64,000 nt of DNA from Leucoraja ocellata (GCA_036785375.1 JAWMAR010000110.1:5828001-5892000); one strand, 5' to 3'. Shown: positions 1 to 13,547, numbered from the stretch's first letter. A program made the numbers and translations. Notes: generated by a model from the sequence alone, not told the origin.

Positions 1-1349
1 CTTCGTTCCATAGATGCTGCTGCACCCGTGGAGTTTCTCCAGCATTCGCGTGTGTGGGTGGGAGTTGGGGGGGGAGAGAGACATAAGGCAGCCTGAAGAA
101 TGGGTCGCCTGTCCATTTCCCTCCGTAAATGCTGCCTGGCCCGCGGAGTTCCTCCATTCATGCCTGTGTGAGAGGGAGGGAGGGAGAGAGAGAGAGAGAG
201 AGCGAGGCACACACAAGGTGGATGCGAAATCTCACCTGCATGTTTCAGTGACAGACACCCACCGCCAGTAAATGAAGGCACCCCCATCTGTCTCCCCCTC
301 CTCTCCCTCGACTCCCCCACCTTTCCCTCCCAACTCCAGTCCCGTCCCGACCCCCTGGGAAACTGAAGGTTTCCCGCTGTAATTAAAGAATTCCCACGGT
401 AGACTGTAAAACTGGGACCCTGGTTCTGGACTCTAACATCGGGAACATTCTTCCTCCATCTAGCCTGTACAATCCTGTAGATACGATTAGACAGGTATCT
501 AGTTATTTAATTCAATTAATGATTTCTATCGCCCAGCCTCTCATCTTTCAATCGGGTTCGGCCAGGAAGGATCTGCAGATGCTGGATTAAAACGAAGATA
601 GACACAACATGTAGCTCAGCGGGACAAGCAGCATATCAGAAGGGTCTCGACCCGAAATGTCACCCATTCCTTCTCCCCAAAGATGCTGCCTGCCGTCGAA
701 CTCATTCTCTTTAAACCGGCATCTGCTGTTCCTTCCGACACATACACAAGAAATAAGCAACTTTTCGGGCCGAAACGTTGCCTATTTTCTTCGTTCCATA
801 GATGCTGCTGCACCCGCTGAGTTTCTCCAGCTTTTGTGTGTGTGGGTGGGAGTTTGGGGGGGTAGAGAGATAAGGCAGCCTGAGGAAAGGCTCGCCTGTC
901 AATTTCCCTCGGTAGATGCTGCCTGGCCCGCGGAGTTCCTCCAGTTAGAAACTGCTTTCAGACAAAAAGAGACACACTGACATTAATGAAATGCTTGTTA
1001 GCTAGTTTTATTAGATTTGTATGTAAATAGCAAACTGGCTGGATTCACTCTATCCAACTTCCGGGTTCTCCGTTCGCAGGAGTTCCCACGGTAACCGCAA
1101 GAGTTACTACGGATATCGCACTGGCCACTACGTTCATAAAATGTTGCAATGCTCAACCACAAGTGTACAAGTCACTCTTGGACAAATTCAAACATGTTTG
1201 AATTTTCTCCCGAGTACCCAAGTTACACGATTACCTGCCGTTAGCGCCACGGTGGTCCACGAATGCCGTACTGTTACCGCACGAGGTTCCCACGATGTTA
1301 AACTCTGGTTACCTCTTGCGTCAAGTCGCCCCGTGAAAAGGGAGTTTTA

Positions 1350-1646
1350 GGGACAGTCTGGTCCCTCCGCCCACCCAGAATCACTGACCGCTCTGCAGTG
1401 GCACAGGACTCCGACCCCCACACAGGGTGATTCGCGCCCCCCCCCCCTCGACCCCTGGGCCTGACCCACACACAGGGTGATTCACCACCCTCTTACCCCC
1501 CGACCTCCACATTATTTCACTATGCCGAGCATCGGCGGGGGGAGAGGAGAGAGAAAGTGGTGGAATTTTGGGGGCAGGGCAGGGGAAACGGGTGAGTGAT
1601 GCATCATGGGTTGGTGGAGCAGACCCAATGGGTCTGCACATGGTCG
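1350..1646 (+). mobile_element. Helitron 3' fragment
   Basis: Hairpin gcagaccc-aat-gggtctgc (1619-1637); shares the cagggtgattc motif with the 61420 region. Confidence 0.55.
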
Positions 1647-2947
1647 TCTCCTTTAAATCTTGCCCTTTTTACTTTCATACTATGCCCTTTAGTCTTTGCC
1701 ATTTCCACCCTGGGAAAAAAAACTGTTTACCCTATCTATGACTTTCAGAATTTTATATAATTCTATCAGGTCTCCCTAAATCATAATCATAATAGTATTT
1801 TATTAGCCAAGTATGTTTTGCAACATACGAGGAATTTGATTTGCCATACAGTCATCATACCAATAAAGAACAAGACACCCAAATAAACGTTTAACTTGAG
1901 TATCCATCACAGCGACTCCCTCACATTCCTCACTGTGATGGAAGGCAACAAAAGGTTCAATCTTCTTCACTTCTTTGTTCTCACATTGTCAGGGCGCTCT
2001 TGGCTCCCGCGACCACTGTTGGGAGTGTCGATCCCAGACAAGGGATCACAGGCGTCGCTGGCAACTCAACGGCCCCCCGGTGGTGCTCAAAGTCAGTCTC
2101 GAACAAGGCTTCCTGCTCCATGATGTTAGGCAACAGAGCGTCCAGAGATACGATCCGGGAAAAAGATTGAATAAAGTTTCCCCCGACTCCCTCCCCCACA
2201 TGAAACCAGGGACCATTAACACATACCTTTGAAACACACTAAAAATAACAAAAAGACGAAGACAGACAGACTGTTGGCGAGGCTGCCATTGCACATTCCA
2301 GAGACAGCAATCTGTTTGGCCAACCTGTCCATATAGCCAATATCCTCTAATCTAGGCCACAATCTGGTAACTATCTGTACCCGCTCCAAGGTCTCCACAT
2401 CATTCCTGTAATGGGGCAACCAGAATTGTCCGCAATACTAACCAGAGTTGGTATAGTGGCCTAGCCAGTATCCTCTAAAACTTCATCTTAGAAACATATA
2501 GAAACCTTATCCTAATAAGACAATAGGTGCAGGAGGAGGCCATTCGGCCCTTCGAGCCAGCACCACCATTCATTGTGGTCATGGCTGATCATCCCCAATC
2601 AATAACCTGTGCCTGCCTTCTCCCCATATCCCTTGATTCTACCAGCCCCTAGAGCTCTATCTAGAACAGTCTTGTTTACAACATTAGCAAGGCATAATTT
2701 CCTGACTCTAATACTCAATATCCCGACCAATGAAGCCTAGCATACCATACACCCTCTTTACCACTCGATGTGTCCTTAGTGTTCAAGTGGTCCAGTGCAG
2801 AGTGGAGAGCCAGCGAGATCACAACCCTGTTGACCTATTGTGGAGGTAGGCAAATCCTAATGGGTGCAGGTCTTTGTTAAGGTAGGTGTTGCTATGCGTT
2901 ATTACCAACCTCCCAAAGCATTTTCATCTCCACAGACATTAGTGCCA

Positions 2948-3322
2948 CTGATCGGCCCCTTTCGGTCGTGGCTGACCATGGGTGGCTCCAGGGTGCTATT
3001 CCCAGTATGGAGGACGCCTGTGCATGACTTTCTTTAATGTGGGGAGACTGGTGCACAGACAGCCACCCCACAGTCCTTCACAGATCTGGGTCCAAGACGA
3101 CCGGAGACCCTTTTCTGCTGCAGCCTTCATACGCCTACCCAGCCGCTGTGACGCTCCACTAAGGTCAGCCATCGTCCTCCGCCTGATCCACCGTTGAAGT
3201 CTTGGTTGCAATGCTCTTTGTCAGAGACCTCTCCCTCAACCTCACCGCCATGACGGCATCGCTCTCAGGATCTCAGGTCCACACAAGCTTCTCCACCACG
3301 ACAAGGTGACAATCCACGGAGC
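2948..3322 (-). mobile_element. RTE-derived non-autonomous element
   Basis: Minus-strand head gattgtcaccttgtcgtggtggagaagcttg resembles RTE 5' UTRs; short, no ORF. Confidence 0.5.
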
Positions 3323-4879
3323 TATCCTTAGTATTGAGAGCTTAAAGGAGCAGGAGTAAACAGTTTCTAAAAAGAGTTCATGTACAATTAGAGTCATAGA
3401 GTTATGCAGCACAGAAACAGGCCCTTTGGCCCAATTCGTCTATGCTGACCAAGCTAGTTCCACTTCCCACTTGCCAGGACCAGGCCTATGTCCCATGTCC
3501 ATAAGTTGAGTCAGGTCAAATTGTGTTTATTGTCATATGCACAAGTATAATTAGATACAGGGATAACAAAAATCTTGTTTGCAGCAGCAGCAGAGGCTGA
3601 TTCGTGCAAAAATATACGTCCATTGGAAAGATGGTCCGTAGAATTATGTAGCTAATGTAGGATTCAGGTTGTGCAGGTGGGTTCAAGAACCTGATAGTTG
3701 TATGAAATTTCTCCTCATCTCCTTCCTAAAAGAACATCCTTTAATTCTGAGGCTATGACCTTCTTGTCCTAGACTCTCTCACCAGTGGAAACATCCTCTC
3801 CACATCCACTCTATCCAAGCCTTTCACTATTCTGTACGTTTCAATGAAGTCCCCCCCTCATTCTTCTAAACTCCAGCAAATATAGGCCCAATGCTGTCAA
3901 ATGCTCATTCTTGGAATAATTCTTGTAAATCTCCCCTGGACCCTCTCCAGAACCAGCACATCCTTCCTCAGATATGGTGTCCAAAATTGCTCACAATATT
4001 CAAAATGTGGCCTGACCAGCACCTTATAGAGCCTCAGCATTATATCCCTGCATAATTCTTTGCAGATCTCAGCCCATTACATTTTCAACAGGATCCTCCA
4101 AACCACACCTATTGCCAACTAGCAGAACAAGAGATGCATGCAAACATTGCCATTTGCAGCCTTACCTCAAGTTACACATTATCTCAGCTGGGAAAGATAT
4201 TGCAATTCCTTGAACTATACCGTGTGCAAAAGCTGAATTTCCCTATGCAACAGTACTTATGGGAGTGCATTCAAATGAAGAAGTTCAGCAGTTCAAGGCT
4301 CCAGCTCACCACCATCTTTGAGGACAATTAGAGAAGGACACTTAATGCTGGGCGAGCCAGTCACATCAAAAATCCAAATAAACAAATCAATGAATTCAAA
4401 CTCATTCAATTCTGGAATAATAAATGCTCGAAGAAGGCAGGTACGAACGGGGTACTGATTGGGGATGATCAGCTATGATCACAGTGAATGGCAATGCTGG
4501 CTCGAAGGGCCGAACGGCCTACTCCTGCACCTATTGTCATTAAAGATTTAGTAACAAATTGTATTTATCTTTAATTCGGAGTTCTGTTTAGAATCTCAAG
4601 TCCACATAATACATGAAGACATTTAACTCATTGAGTATGTTAGCACCGAGTGTAATTCCATCAGTCTCATTCACCCTCGCATTATTTCACCAGCCTTGCA
4701 ACTTATTCCAACCAAGATACCCCATCTACACGGGTCGCACCTGCCCATGTATGGTCTAATGACTTTTAATTACAATGGCTACCTTATTAGTGGTGAATCT
4801 GCCTGCAATAGCCCAGCATATCTGTTCTTCTACTTCCCTTTGACTATTTTGGGGGCATATAGTTCACACCCAACAATGT

Positions 4880-5735
4880 GATGATCCCCTTTTTCTCAGC
4901 TCCAGCCACAGAACTTCATTGGATGAACCATCAGTAATGTCATCTCAGACTATTGCCATGATGTTCTTCTTAATCAATAAAGCAACTCCCCCTCCTTTTA
5001 CCCCCACCTGTATCATCTGTACCTGGGAGCATTAAGCTGCCAGTTCCCTCCCTCCCCGAGGCAGGTTTCCGTAACAGCTATAACGCCCCAGTTGCACAAA
5101 CCTATCCATGCACTGAGTTCATATGCGCTATTCATCAGGCCTCTCGCATTGAAATTAATGCAATTTAACCCAATAGCCTTTCCTCACTCCCCGCTTTGTT
5201 TCTGACTAGCCTGTCGACTGAACTTACTTTCATTGCTTTCCGAACCAACTTCCAGCCTGCAGTGGATCCCCCTCCTTGCCACAGTCCTGCAGTGGATCCC
5301 CCTCCCCGCCAATCTTGTTTAAACCCAGCCATGTAACACTAAACCTGCCCACCTGGATATTCCCCGTCAGGTCAGGTGCAACCTGTCTCTCTTGTACAGA
5401 TCACCTCTGCCCCAGAAGTGATCCCAAGGTCCAAAAATCAGAATCCCTGCCTCCTGCAGCAACTCCCCAGCCACGTATTCATCTGTCTAATCTTCCTGTT
5501 GCTACCCTCATTAGCACGTGCCACTGGGAGTAATCCGTGGATTACTTCCCTAGAGGCCCTGCTTTTTAACCTTTTTGCCTAACTCCTTGCATTCACTCTG
5601 CAGAACCTCATCCCTTTTCCTACCCATGTCATTTGTGCCAATGTGTACAACTCCCCGCTGCTACCCCTCTCTGCAGCTACTCTGAAACGTCCTGGACCCT
5701 GGCATCAAGGAGACAACAAACCATCCTGAACCTTC
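4880..5735 (-). mobile_element. Probable CR1 ORF1 (esterase-like)/ORF2 start fragment
   Basis: Minus-strand CR1-like ORF1 motifs (HIGTNDMGRK, VIHGLLPV) followed by endonuclease-like sequence. Confidence 0.55.
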
Positions 5736-6449
5736 TGAATGTTGTAGTCGGCAGGGCAGTACTCTGCATATCGCCAACTTGGACAATTTAACATTAAAAA
5801 AAACATTTTTATTTTAATCAAGCCAATTGAATTTAAAGATGGGGTTGGAGCCAGGCCTGGCGACAATCATGCATAAACGAGAGTGTAGAGCACACAGCCT
5901 TAAGGGTCCTCGCACAGTCTTGAGGATTAATCATCCTATGATGATGGTCATCATTGAGAAGGATTATTGTCTCAGTGTGTACTGAATTGTTGTCAAATTA
6001 TCTGCTATTGAGGTTGAGGATCCAATTACAAAATAACAAGCAGAGACTCTGGTTCTCCGAGTTTGATGATAAGTTTTGAGGGGATGATAGTGTTGAATGC
6101 TGAGCTGTAGACGATGAACAACAGCCTAACATACATGTTTTTATTGTCCAAGCGGTCTAGTACAGAGTGGCGAGTTGGGAAGATCGCATCCATTGTTGAT
6201 TTGTTGCGAATTGTAAGTTGGGGAATTGTAGTGGGTCTAGTTTTGTGTTAACGTAGGAATTGACATGCATCAGAACCAACTCGCAAAGCACCAATTTACT
6301 TTTGTTTGTCACATTCCTTAGCCTAATTTCTAGTATGGTTTAGGGATCCAAAGCAAATAATAAATTTACAGTTACTGAACAAGCTCAACAGTTTATTCCA
6401 TGAGCATGTTCTACCGGTGGACAGTATTTTAGGTCAAGCAGCAGACTAA

Positions 6450-6758
6450 AGCCCCTGTCCCACTTTCCCGAGTTACTCACGAATTCTCTCGAGTTTTCCC
6501 CTCGATTCAAACTCGGACAATTACGGTACTAGCCAGCCGTAGGTACTCGGGGCTATTATTTTTACTCGTGGACATTTTTCAACATGTTGAAAAAACGTCC
6601 CGACTTACCTGATTCCCCCGAGTGCCTACGACTAGCATTACGAGCCACTACGAAATATCTACGGACGCCGACAGCCTCCTACGGACATTCTCCGAGTTTG
6701 AAGCAAGGGGAAAACTTGGGGGAATTCGTGAGTAACTCGGGAAAGTGGGACAGGGGCT
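6450..6758. mobile_element. PIF/Harbinger-like MITE
   Basis: ~68-bp TIRs agcccctgtcccactttcccgagttactcacgaatt...; flanked by taa/tag. Confidence 0.8.
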
Positions 6759-9026
6759 TAGGAATTTGACAAAAGATAGACACAAAAAGCTGGAGTAACT
6801 CAGCGGGTCAGACAGCATCTGGAGAGAAGAAATGGGTGACTTTTCAGGTCTTGCGTCGAGTCTCGACCAGAAACGTCACATATTATTTTTCTCCAGAGAT
6901 GCTATCTGACCCGCTGAGTTACTCCAGGTTTTCTGTGTGTCTATCTTTGCTTTAATCTAGCATCTGCAGTTCCTTCCTGCACACAAATTTGACGCAGCTT
7001 CCCAGGACTTGCATCAGGTCAGTATGGAACAGGACCATAAGCCTTTTCATTTAAATGTGGTTTCTGGGGAGTTTAAAATAAAATAAAAAAGGCAAATGGC
7101 TTTGTTTGCTTTAATATTTTAATTATTATTAAATGTGCTAGCTATTTCAGTGGATTTTACTCCAAAAATAAAATCATAAATTTAATCTTAATGCACAGCA
7201 GTCAGAAGCATTAAGAATGTGAAAACTTCATCAGCGGGCAAAGCTGGGTGCAGGGCTTTGGCAGCTGTCAAAGGCTTCCTACTCTAGGATTGTTTTGGTA
7301 AATAAACAGCACCTCATTGCTTTGCCCAAGGCCCTGATAGCGAGATTGGCCTTCTGAATCCAGTGATGAAAGAAATGAATTCAGTTAACAAGGTTCATGG
7401 GTACAAACTGAAAGCATTACTCAGGAAATATCCAGGCAGTATGAACCAGAGCATGTTTCTAGTTAACACAGTGACTGGTGAATTTCTAAATCAAAATGTT
7501 CAAATCACAGCATTAATTATTGGGTTCCATTAATGACAAAAAAAAGGACTATGAATTGAACAAAGCATGTAAAATTAAAATGTATTCACAATTTTAAACT
7601 GCTTCATTGTGGAGCAAACCAGGTTAGAACTTTGAAATTCTCAATACTACGCATATTCTGAAAAATTAAAAATTAAAAACAATTATACACATTCACTTTT
7701 GACCAGAGGCAATGATTAGGAAAGGCAGAAGGAGGAGACCATCTCAATAGACTTAGAGGACTTAAACTGTTCCTTGAATTGAAGACTAGACGTTGCAAGT
7801 ACCACGAAAGTTAGTGAAGAGCTCTGTACCAAATGTGGTCTCTAACAAGCAGTACATATTAAATGTTGTAATAAGTCTGTGAATAGTGCTAACCTGTAAA
7901 AATTAGACTTACCAGATTTCTGAGACTTGACCAATGAATAATAGTAACAATATGCAAGATAGTTATCACATGAATGTAGTATATTTTTTAAATAGTTATT
8001 TTAAACTATTGGCCAAAAGATTATCAAAGGCAATTACCTTGAATCCAAGGCTAAAAAGGTCCATAGCAACCATCTTAGATTGCACCAAGAACATTCTTAT
8101 TCTGCATGATAAAGTCACGGCAGTACTTTAAAAACTTAGTGAAAGCTTTGTTTTCATTAGATAGTAACTAATTGCAAAATTGCTATGTCGCAATGTCATC
8201 AATCCTTTTTGGCAATATTTAACCAAATACTTACACAAAGTTTGAAAGTTTGGAGAATCTACTGTGTCAATCTCTATAAAGAGAGGCACGATATATGGTG
8301 AACCTTTATAACTTATTTTATTTTATAGTGTCATGTTCTCTGGATAACAAAGATAAAAATTATATTCCAAAGATAAATGCATCCAATAAATGTAATTAGC
8401 CTTTGCAGTTTATAGTGTTTATTTAAAGTTCTTCAAATATAGGAATGTTATACAACTTAAAAAGATTTAAGAATTATTTTGAAATCGATCTGTTCTAAAA
8501 ATAAACATTAATAAATCCTCAAGACTTTATGCCGACTAAAAAATTAAAATCTTTCTTTCTAATACAGTAGAAAATTGGCAGGTGAAGCAGCAAAAACAAA
8601 AAAGTATTCTGCAGAGAAAAATATATTTGATTCCTGGGAAGGATAGATCAACAGTATTAAATGGTCAAATAGAAATGTGCACAAACCCAGTCAAAGGTTG
8701 GAGCTATTTAAAAATAATGATTCCACAACCACTTAAACATCAAGAGGTTTCGCAAAATACCGTACCTGAATTTGACAGAATTATTAGAAATGTAGAATCG
8801 TTTTTCACACATCTGTCTTATAAATGATATTTTGTATTTGAGAGCCTGTAATGAAAGTCTTGGGTTTCCTAACAATAACGGCCATTTATAGTCACACAGG
8901 GCTGAAGCAGGACCTTTGGCCTACATCCATGGTGTTCATTAAGCTTACACAAAGCCAGTTTGCCGGCATTTGGTCCGTGCCTCAATGTTTCAAATGCACG
9001 TCTTTTCTTAAATGTTGCGAGGAGTA

Positions 9027-9957
9027 AAGTAAACCCTCGTTATAACGGGCGGTGGCAGGGGAAGGGGAATGGTGTCCGTTAATGCCGCCTGTCAGCTATA
9101 ACTGAGTAAGATATTATCATTGTATGCAGCAGATATAAAGAACTGTAGATGCTGGTTAATACACAAAAAGGCACAAAGTGCTGGAGTAACTCAGCAGATC
9201 TGGCAGCATCCCTGGAGAACATAGATAGGTGATGCTGGGACCCTTCTTCAGGCTGATTCAGTCTGCTGAATTAGTTTAGTTTATTGTCACCTGTACCAAG
9301 ATACAGCAAAAAGATTTTTGCTGCTACAGCACTTTGTGTTGTTTCACCTTAAAACTAGGTGCTGATGCCGCTGTCTGCACCAGCAATCCTTCTTCACCCA
9401 CTGCTTGATGCTGTTATGGCTCACGTTGGAACCCCTGGACGGCAGAGCTTTCTTCATGCCTCTGCTAATGACGAGACACGTTCAGTCACCATGGGGCTCC
9501 CTCCCCCCTCACATCAGCTGGCGCTTCTTCCTGTTGGTCGTCGCTTTATCCGCTCCAGCTCCTTCTTCTGCCATCGTTTTGTCCTCTCTGCTGCTCCTCC
9601 CTCCACCACCGCCTCCTCTCGTCGCTTTGTCTCCTTCTCCCCCGCAGGTGACTCTGGGGGAGGAGAAGGAGGTGGAGGGGAGGGGAAGAGGCCTATTGGC
9701 CAAAGCGACAGATGACAGGTAGGAGTGGCAGCTGTGAGACAGGAGGGAACCCCACAGTGATCGAGTGACCTGTCGTTGGCAATGGCCTGAAGAAAGCGTT
9801 GCCGGTCAGGGTCTACAGCGTGAGCCGCAACAACAGCTGCGACAACAACTGAAGAGGAGCTTGCTGATGCACCTTGAAAGCCAGGGTACTGTCGGTAGCT
9901 CAGTCTGCTCTAATCCAAATCCATTATAAAGGGGTCCATTAAAACGAGGGTTAACTG
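9027..9957. mobile_element. pogo/Tigger-like MITE with foldback interior
   Basis: TIRs (a)agtaaaccctcgttataacgg / ccattaaaacgagggttaactg; TA on the left, CA on the right; interrupts a CR1 remnant. Confidence 0.65.
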
Positions 9958-10057
9958 CACATCATCTACCACCTGTTTAATTGTCAAATAAATTAGATTT
10001 AGTTGTGCAAAGGATCATCTATGCTAAGATCCTTCAAGAATGCAAACATTCAACTTG

Positions 10058-10550
10058 ACAGTCCGTTCACCAGACTGATTCCTGGGATGGCAGGACTTTC
10101 ATATGAAGAAAGACTGGATAGACTTGGTTTGTACTCGCTAGAATTTAGATGATTGAGGGGGGATCTTATAGAAACTTACAAAATTCTTAAGGGGTTGGAC
10201 AGGCTAGATGCAGGAAGATTGTTCCCGATGTTGGGGCAGTCCAGAACAAGGGGTCACAGTTTAAGGATAAGGGGGAAATCTTTTAGGACCGAGATGAGGA
10301 AAACATTTTTCACACAGAGAGTGGTGAATCTCTGGAATTCTCTGCCACAGAAGGTAGCTGAGGCCAGTTCATTGGCTATATTTAAGAGGGAGTTAGATGT
10401 GGCCCTTGTGGCTAAGGGGATCAGGGGGTATGGAGAGAAGGCAGGTACAGGATACTTAGTTGGATGATCAGCCATGATCATATTGAATGGCGGTGCAGGC
10501 TCGAAGGGCCGAATGGCCTACTCCTGCACCTATTTTCTATGTTTCTATGT
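10058..10550 (+). mobile_element. CR1 LINE 3' end
   Basis: RGDLIETYKIL...TRGHSL...FFTQRVVNLWNSLP; (TTTCTATG)n tail. Confidence 0.92.
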
Positions 10551-11334
10551 CATGAAATTTGGAGAATTGAGGCTGTTTATCAGAATTTTTAAAATTGTTC
10601 AGTACAAGTATGGAGTTTTGAGGTAATGCTAAGTCTATTTACGACCTAATTTGATTGAAGGTTGACATCTAGTCTAAATACTCCCATCAGGACATTGGAT
10701 TCAAGAATTTTAAGAAGGATACATGTTCAAATGATAATAAACAGCCATACAGTACAGGTTTATAATAAAATCATCTTGTGAATTAGTTTTGCTCTGCTTT
10801 GGTAGTGAGATAAAATTCTGGGCCAAACGACATGGGTTCACCCCAATTGTTGTTAAAGAACCTCACCCTGAAATATGCACAGATGAAAATGAAATCAATG
10901 TTGGGTTCAGTTTTGTATTTGGATTAGGAGCATTGATTTTCCCCAAGCCAGAAAACCACTATAGGCCCATTCTTAGTCACGTGTGTGACCAAACTATGAA
11001 AGATTGTGGAACACATCTCTTCTAATTCTGAAAGCATTACAGGTGTATTGTTTTGTATTGTATATTTTTCAATTTTTTTTTCAACATTTATCAAGTGAAA
11101 GTTTTGTTCTGCTAACATTGTTTGCTTGGGGTCAGAGGTCAAATATGACTGGTCACGTGTGTGACCTCACACAGACACATTTTTTCCATAATTCAATTTT
11201 ATCTTACAAACTGTGAATTTAAAAAAGCTAGAATATTCAAAGATTTCATATAACTCAAGTGCAACAGCAGCAAATGTAGGACATCTCTCTCACAAGATTG
11301 ATGCTCTTATGCAAATTTCAAATGGTTCTAGATA

Positions 11335-12705
11335 CATATACAATGGGTGCAGGAGTAGGCCATTCGGCCCTTCGAGCCAGCACCGCCATTCAATGTGATC
11401 ATGGCTGATCATCCACTATCAGTACCCGGTTCCTGCCTTCTCCCCATATCCCTTGACTCCGCTATCTTTAAGAGCTCTATCTAACTCTCATTTGAATGCA
11501 TCCAGTGAATCGGCCTCTTCTGAGGCAGAGAATTCCACAAATTCATAACTGTGTGGAAAGGTTTTCCTCATCTCAGTTCTAAATGGCCTACCCTTTATTC
11601 TTAAACTGTGGCTCCTGGTTCTGGACTCCCCCAACATCAGGAACATGTTTCCTGCATCTAGCGTGTCCAATACCTTAATAATTTTATGTTTCTATAAGAT
11701 CCCCTCTTATCCTTCTAAATTCCAGTCGCTCCATTCTTTCATCATATGACAGTCCCACCATCCTGGGAATTAACCTCATGTACCTACGCTGCACTCCCTC
11801 AATAGCAAGAATGTCCTTCCTCAAATTAGGAGACCTGCACACAATACTCCAGGTGTGGTCTCACCAGGGCCCTGTACAACTGCAGAAGGACCTTTGCTCC
11901 TATACTCAACTCCTTTCATTATGAAGGCCAACATACCATTAGCTTTCTTCACTGCCTGCAGTACCAGCATGCTTACTTTCAATGACTGATGTACAAGGAC
12001 ACCCAGGTCTCGTTGTACTTCCCCTTGTCCTAATCTGACACCATTTAGATAAAAATCTGCCTTCCCGTTCTTGCCACCAAAGTGGATAACCTCACATTTA
12101 ACCACATTATACTGCATCTGCCCACTCACCCAACCTGTCCAAATCACCTTGTATCCTCATAGCATCCTCTTCACAGTTCACACTTCCACCCAGATTTGTG
12201 TAATCTGCAAATTTGCTAATATTACTTTTAATTCTTTCATCTAAATCATTAATGTATATTATACATAGCTGCGGTCCCAGCACCGAGCAATGCAGCACCC
12301 CTCTAGTCACTGCCTACCATTCTCAAAGGGACCCGTTAATCCCTATTCTTTGTTTCCTGTCAATACCCTACCCCCAATAGCATGTGCTCTAATTTTGCCC
12401 ACTAATCTTCAGTGCACTTTCTGACAGTCCAGGTACACTACATCTACTGGCTCTCCCTTGTCCATTTTACTTGTTACATCCTCAAAATATTCTAGCAGAT
12501 TTGTCAAGCGTGATTTCCCCTTTGTAAATCCATGCTGACTTGGACCAGTCATCCATGCCGACTTGGAAAATCAACTCCAGCATCTTACCCACCACTGATG
12601 TCAGGCTATAATTCCCCGTTTTCTCTCTCCCCCTTTTCTTGAAAAGTGGGATAACATTAGCTACCCTCCAATCCACAGGAACTGATCCAGAATTCATTCC
12701 ATTTT
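11335..12705 (-). mobile_element. CR1 LINE fragment (RT to 3' tail)
   Basis: DWRVANVIPLFKK, SVLGPQL, SKFAD, QRDLGVLVH fragments. Confidence 0.9.
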
Positions 12706-12864
12706 CCACTCTTACAGAGAAAAGCAGTGTACATTTCATTGGATTCCATTTCTACCAGACTAAATCTTTGATATTTGTGATTTGACCGTTCATTCCACCA
12801 GGGAACTTCAATCACGTAGTCAGAGTATATAAAGTTCAAACACCTAGCCAAACATAAACAGTGT

Positions 12865-13166
12865 TTAGTTTAGAGATACAGCGTGGAAATAGGCCCTTTG
12901 GCCCACTGAGTCCATGCTGGCCAACAATCCCTGCACACCAATACTATCCTACACACTAGGGACAATTTACAATTATACCAAGCCAATTAGCCTACAAACC
13001 AGTACGTCTTTAGAGTGTGGGAAGAAACCAGAGATCCTGGAAAAAACCCACACAGGTCACGGGGAGAACGTACAAACTCCGTACAGACAGCACCCGTAGT
13101 CAGGATCAAACGTGGGTTTCTGGCGCTGTAAGGCAGCAACTCTACTGCTGCGCTACCTTGCCGCCC
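12865..13166 (-). mobile_element. tRNA-derived SINE (HE1/V-SINE-like)
   Basis: Head gggcggc..tagcgcagcagtag (A box) ... tttgatcc (B box); core gagtttgtacgttctccccgtgacc; CR1-like tail and (CTAAA)n. Confidence 0.85.
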
Positions 13167-13547
13167 AGTGTAGCTTGAAAATCAGCAAATTCCAAATAAC
13201 AACTATGAAATTTGGAGCTATAGTATAAACTCATCTAAGGCAAAGTCCTTTGTACAGCGAGTCCACATTAGAAGCAAAACTCTCAACACACTGCTCGGGT
13301 AGCTTTCTAAATTTATAACATTCTTCCACATCATGGAACTAAGAGCAAATAATGCAAACATCACTAGTTCTAATGCTCATTCAGAAGCAGTAATTGTCAA
13401 GGATACTCATTAAAATTTCAAGGTTATCTTGTGTAACAGATTTCACCATAATAAATCTGTAAAATAATTGCAACGTTAATACAATAATTCATCCAATCAC
13501 ATTCTATATTCCTTCATTATAGTGTTTTACTGTGCTGAGATTACTTG

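Noticed and set aside
10975-11168. Repeated palindromic gtcacgtgtgtgacc motif ~175 bp apart
   Set aside because: Only two copies with no identifiable boundaries; probably a decayed DNA-transposon remnant, not assignable
12865-13166. tRNA-like A/B boxes
   Set aside because: Heads of SINEs with shared core and CR1-like tail, not tRNA genes
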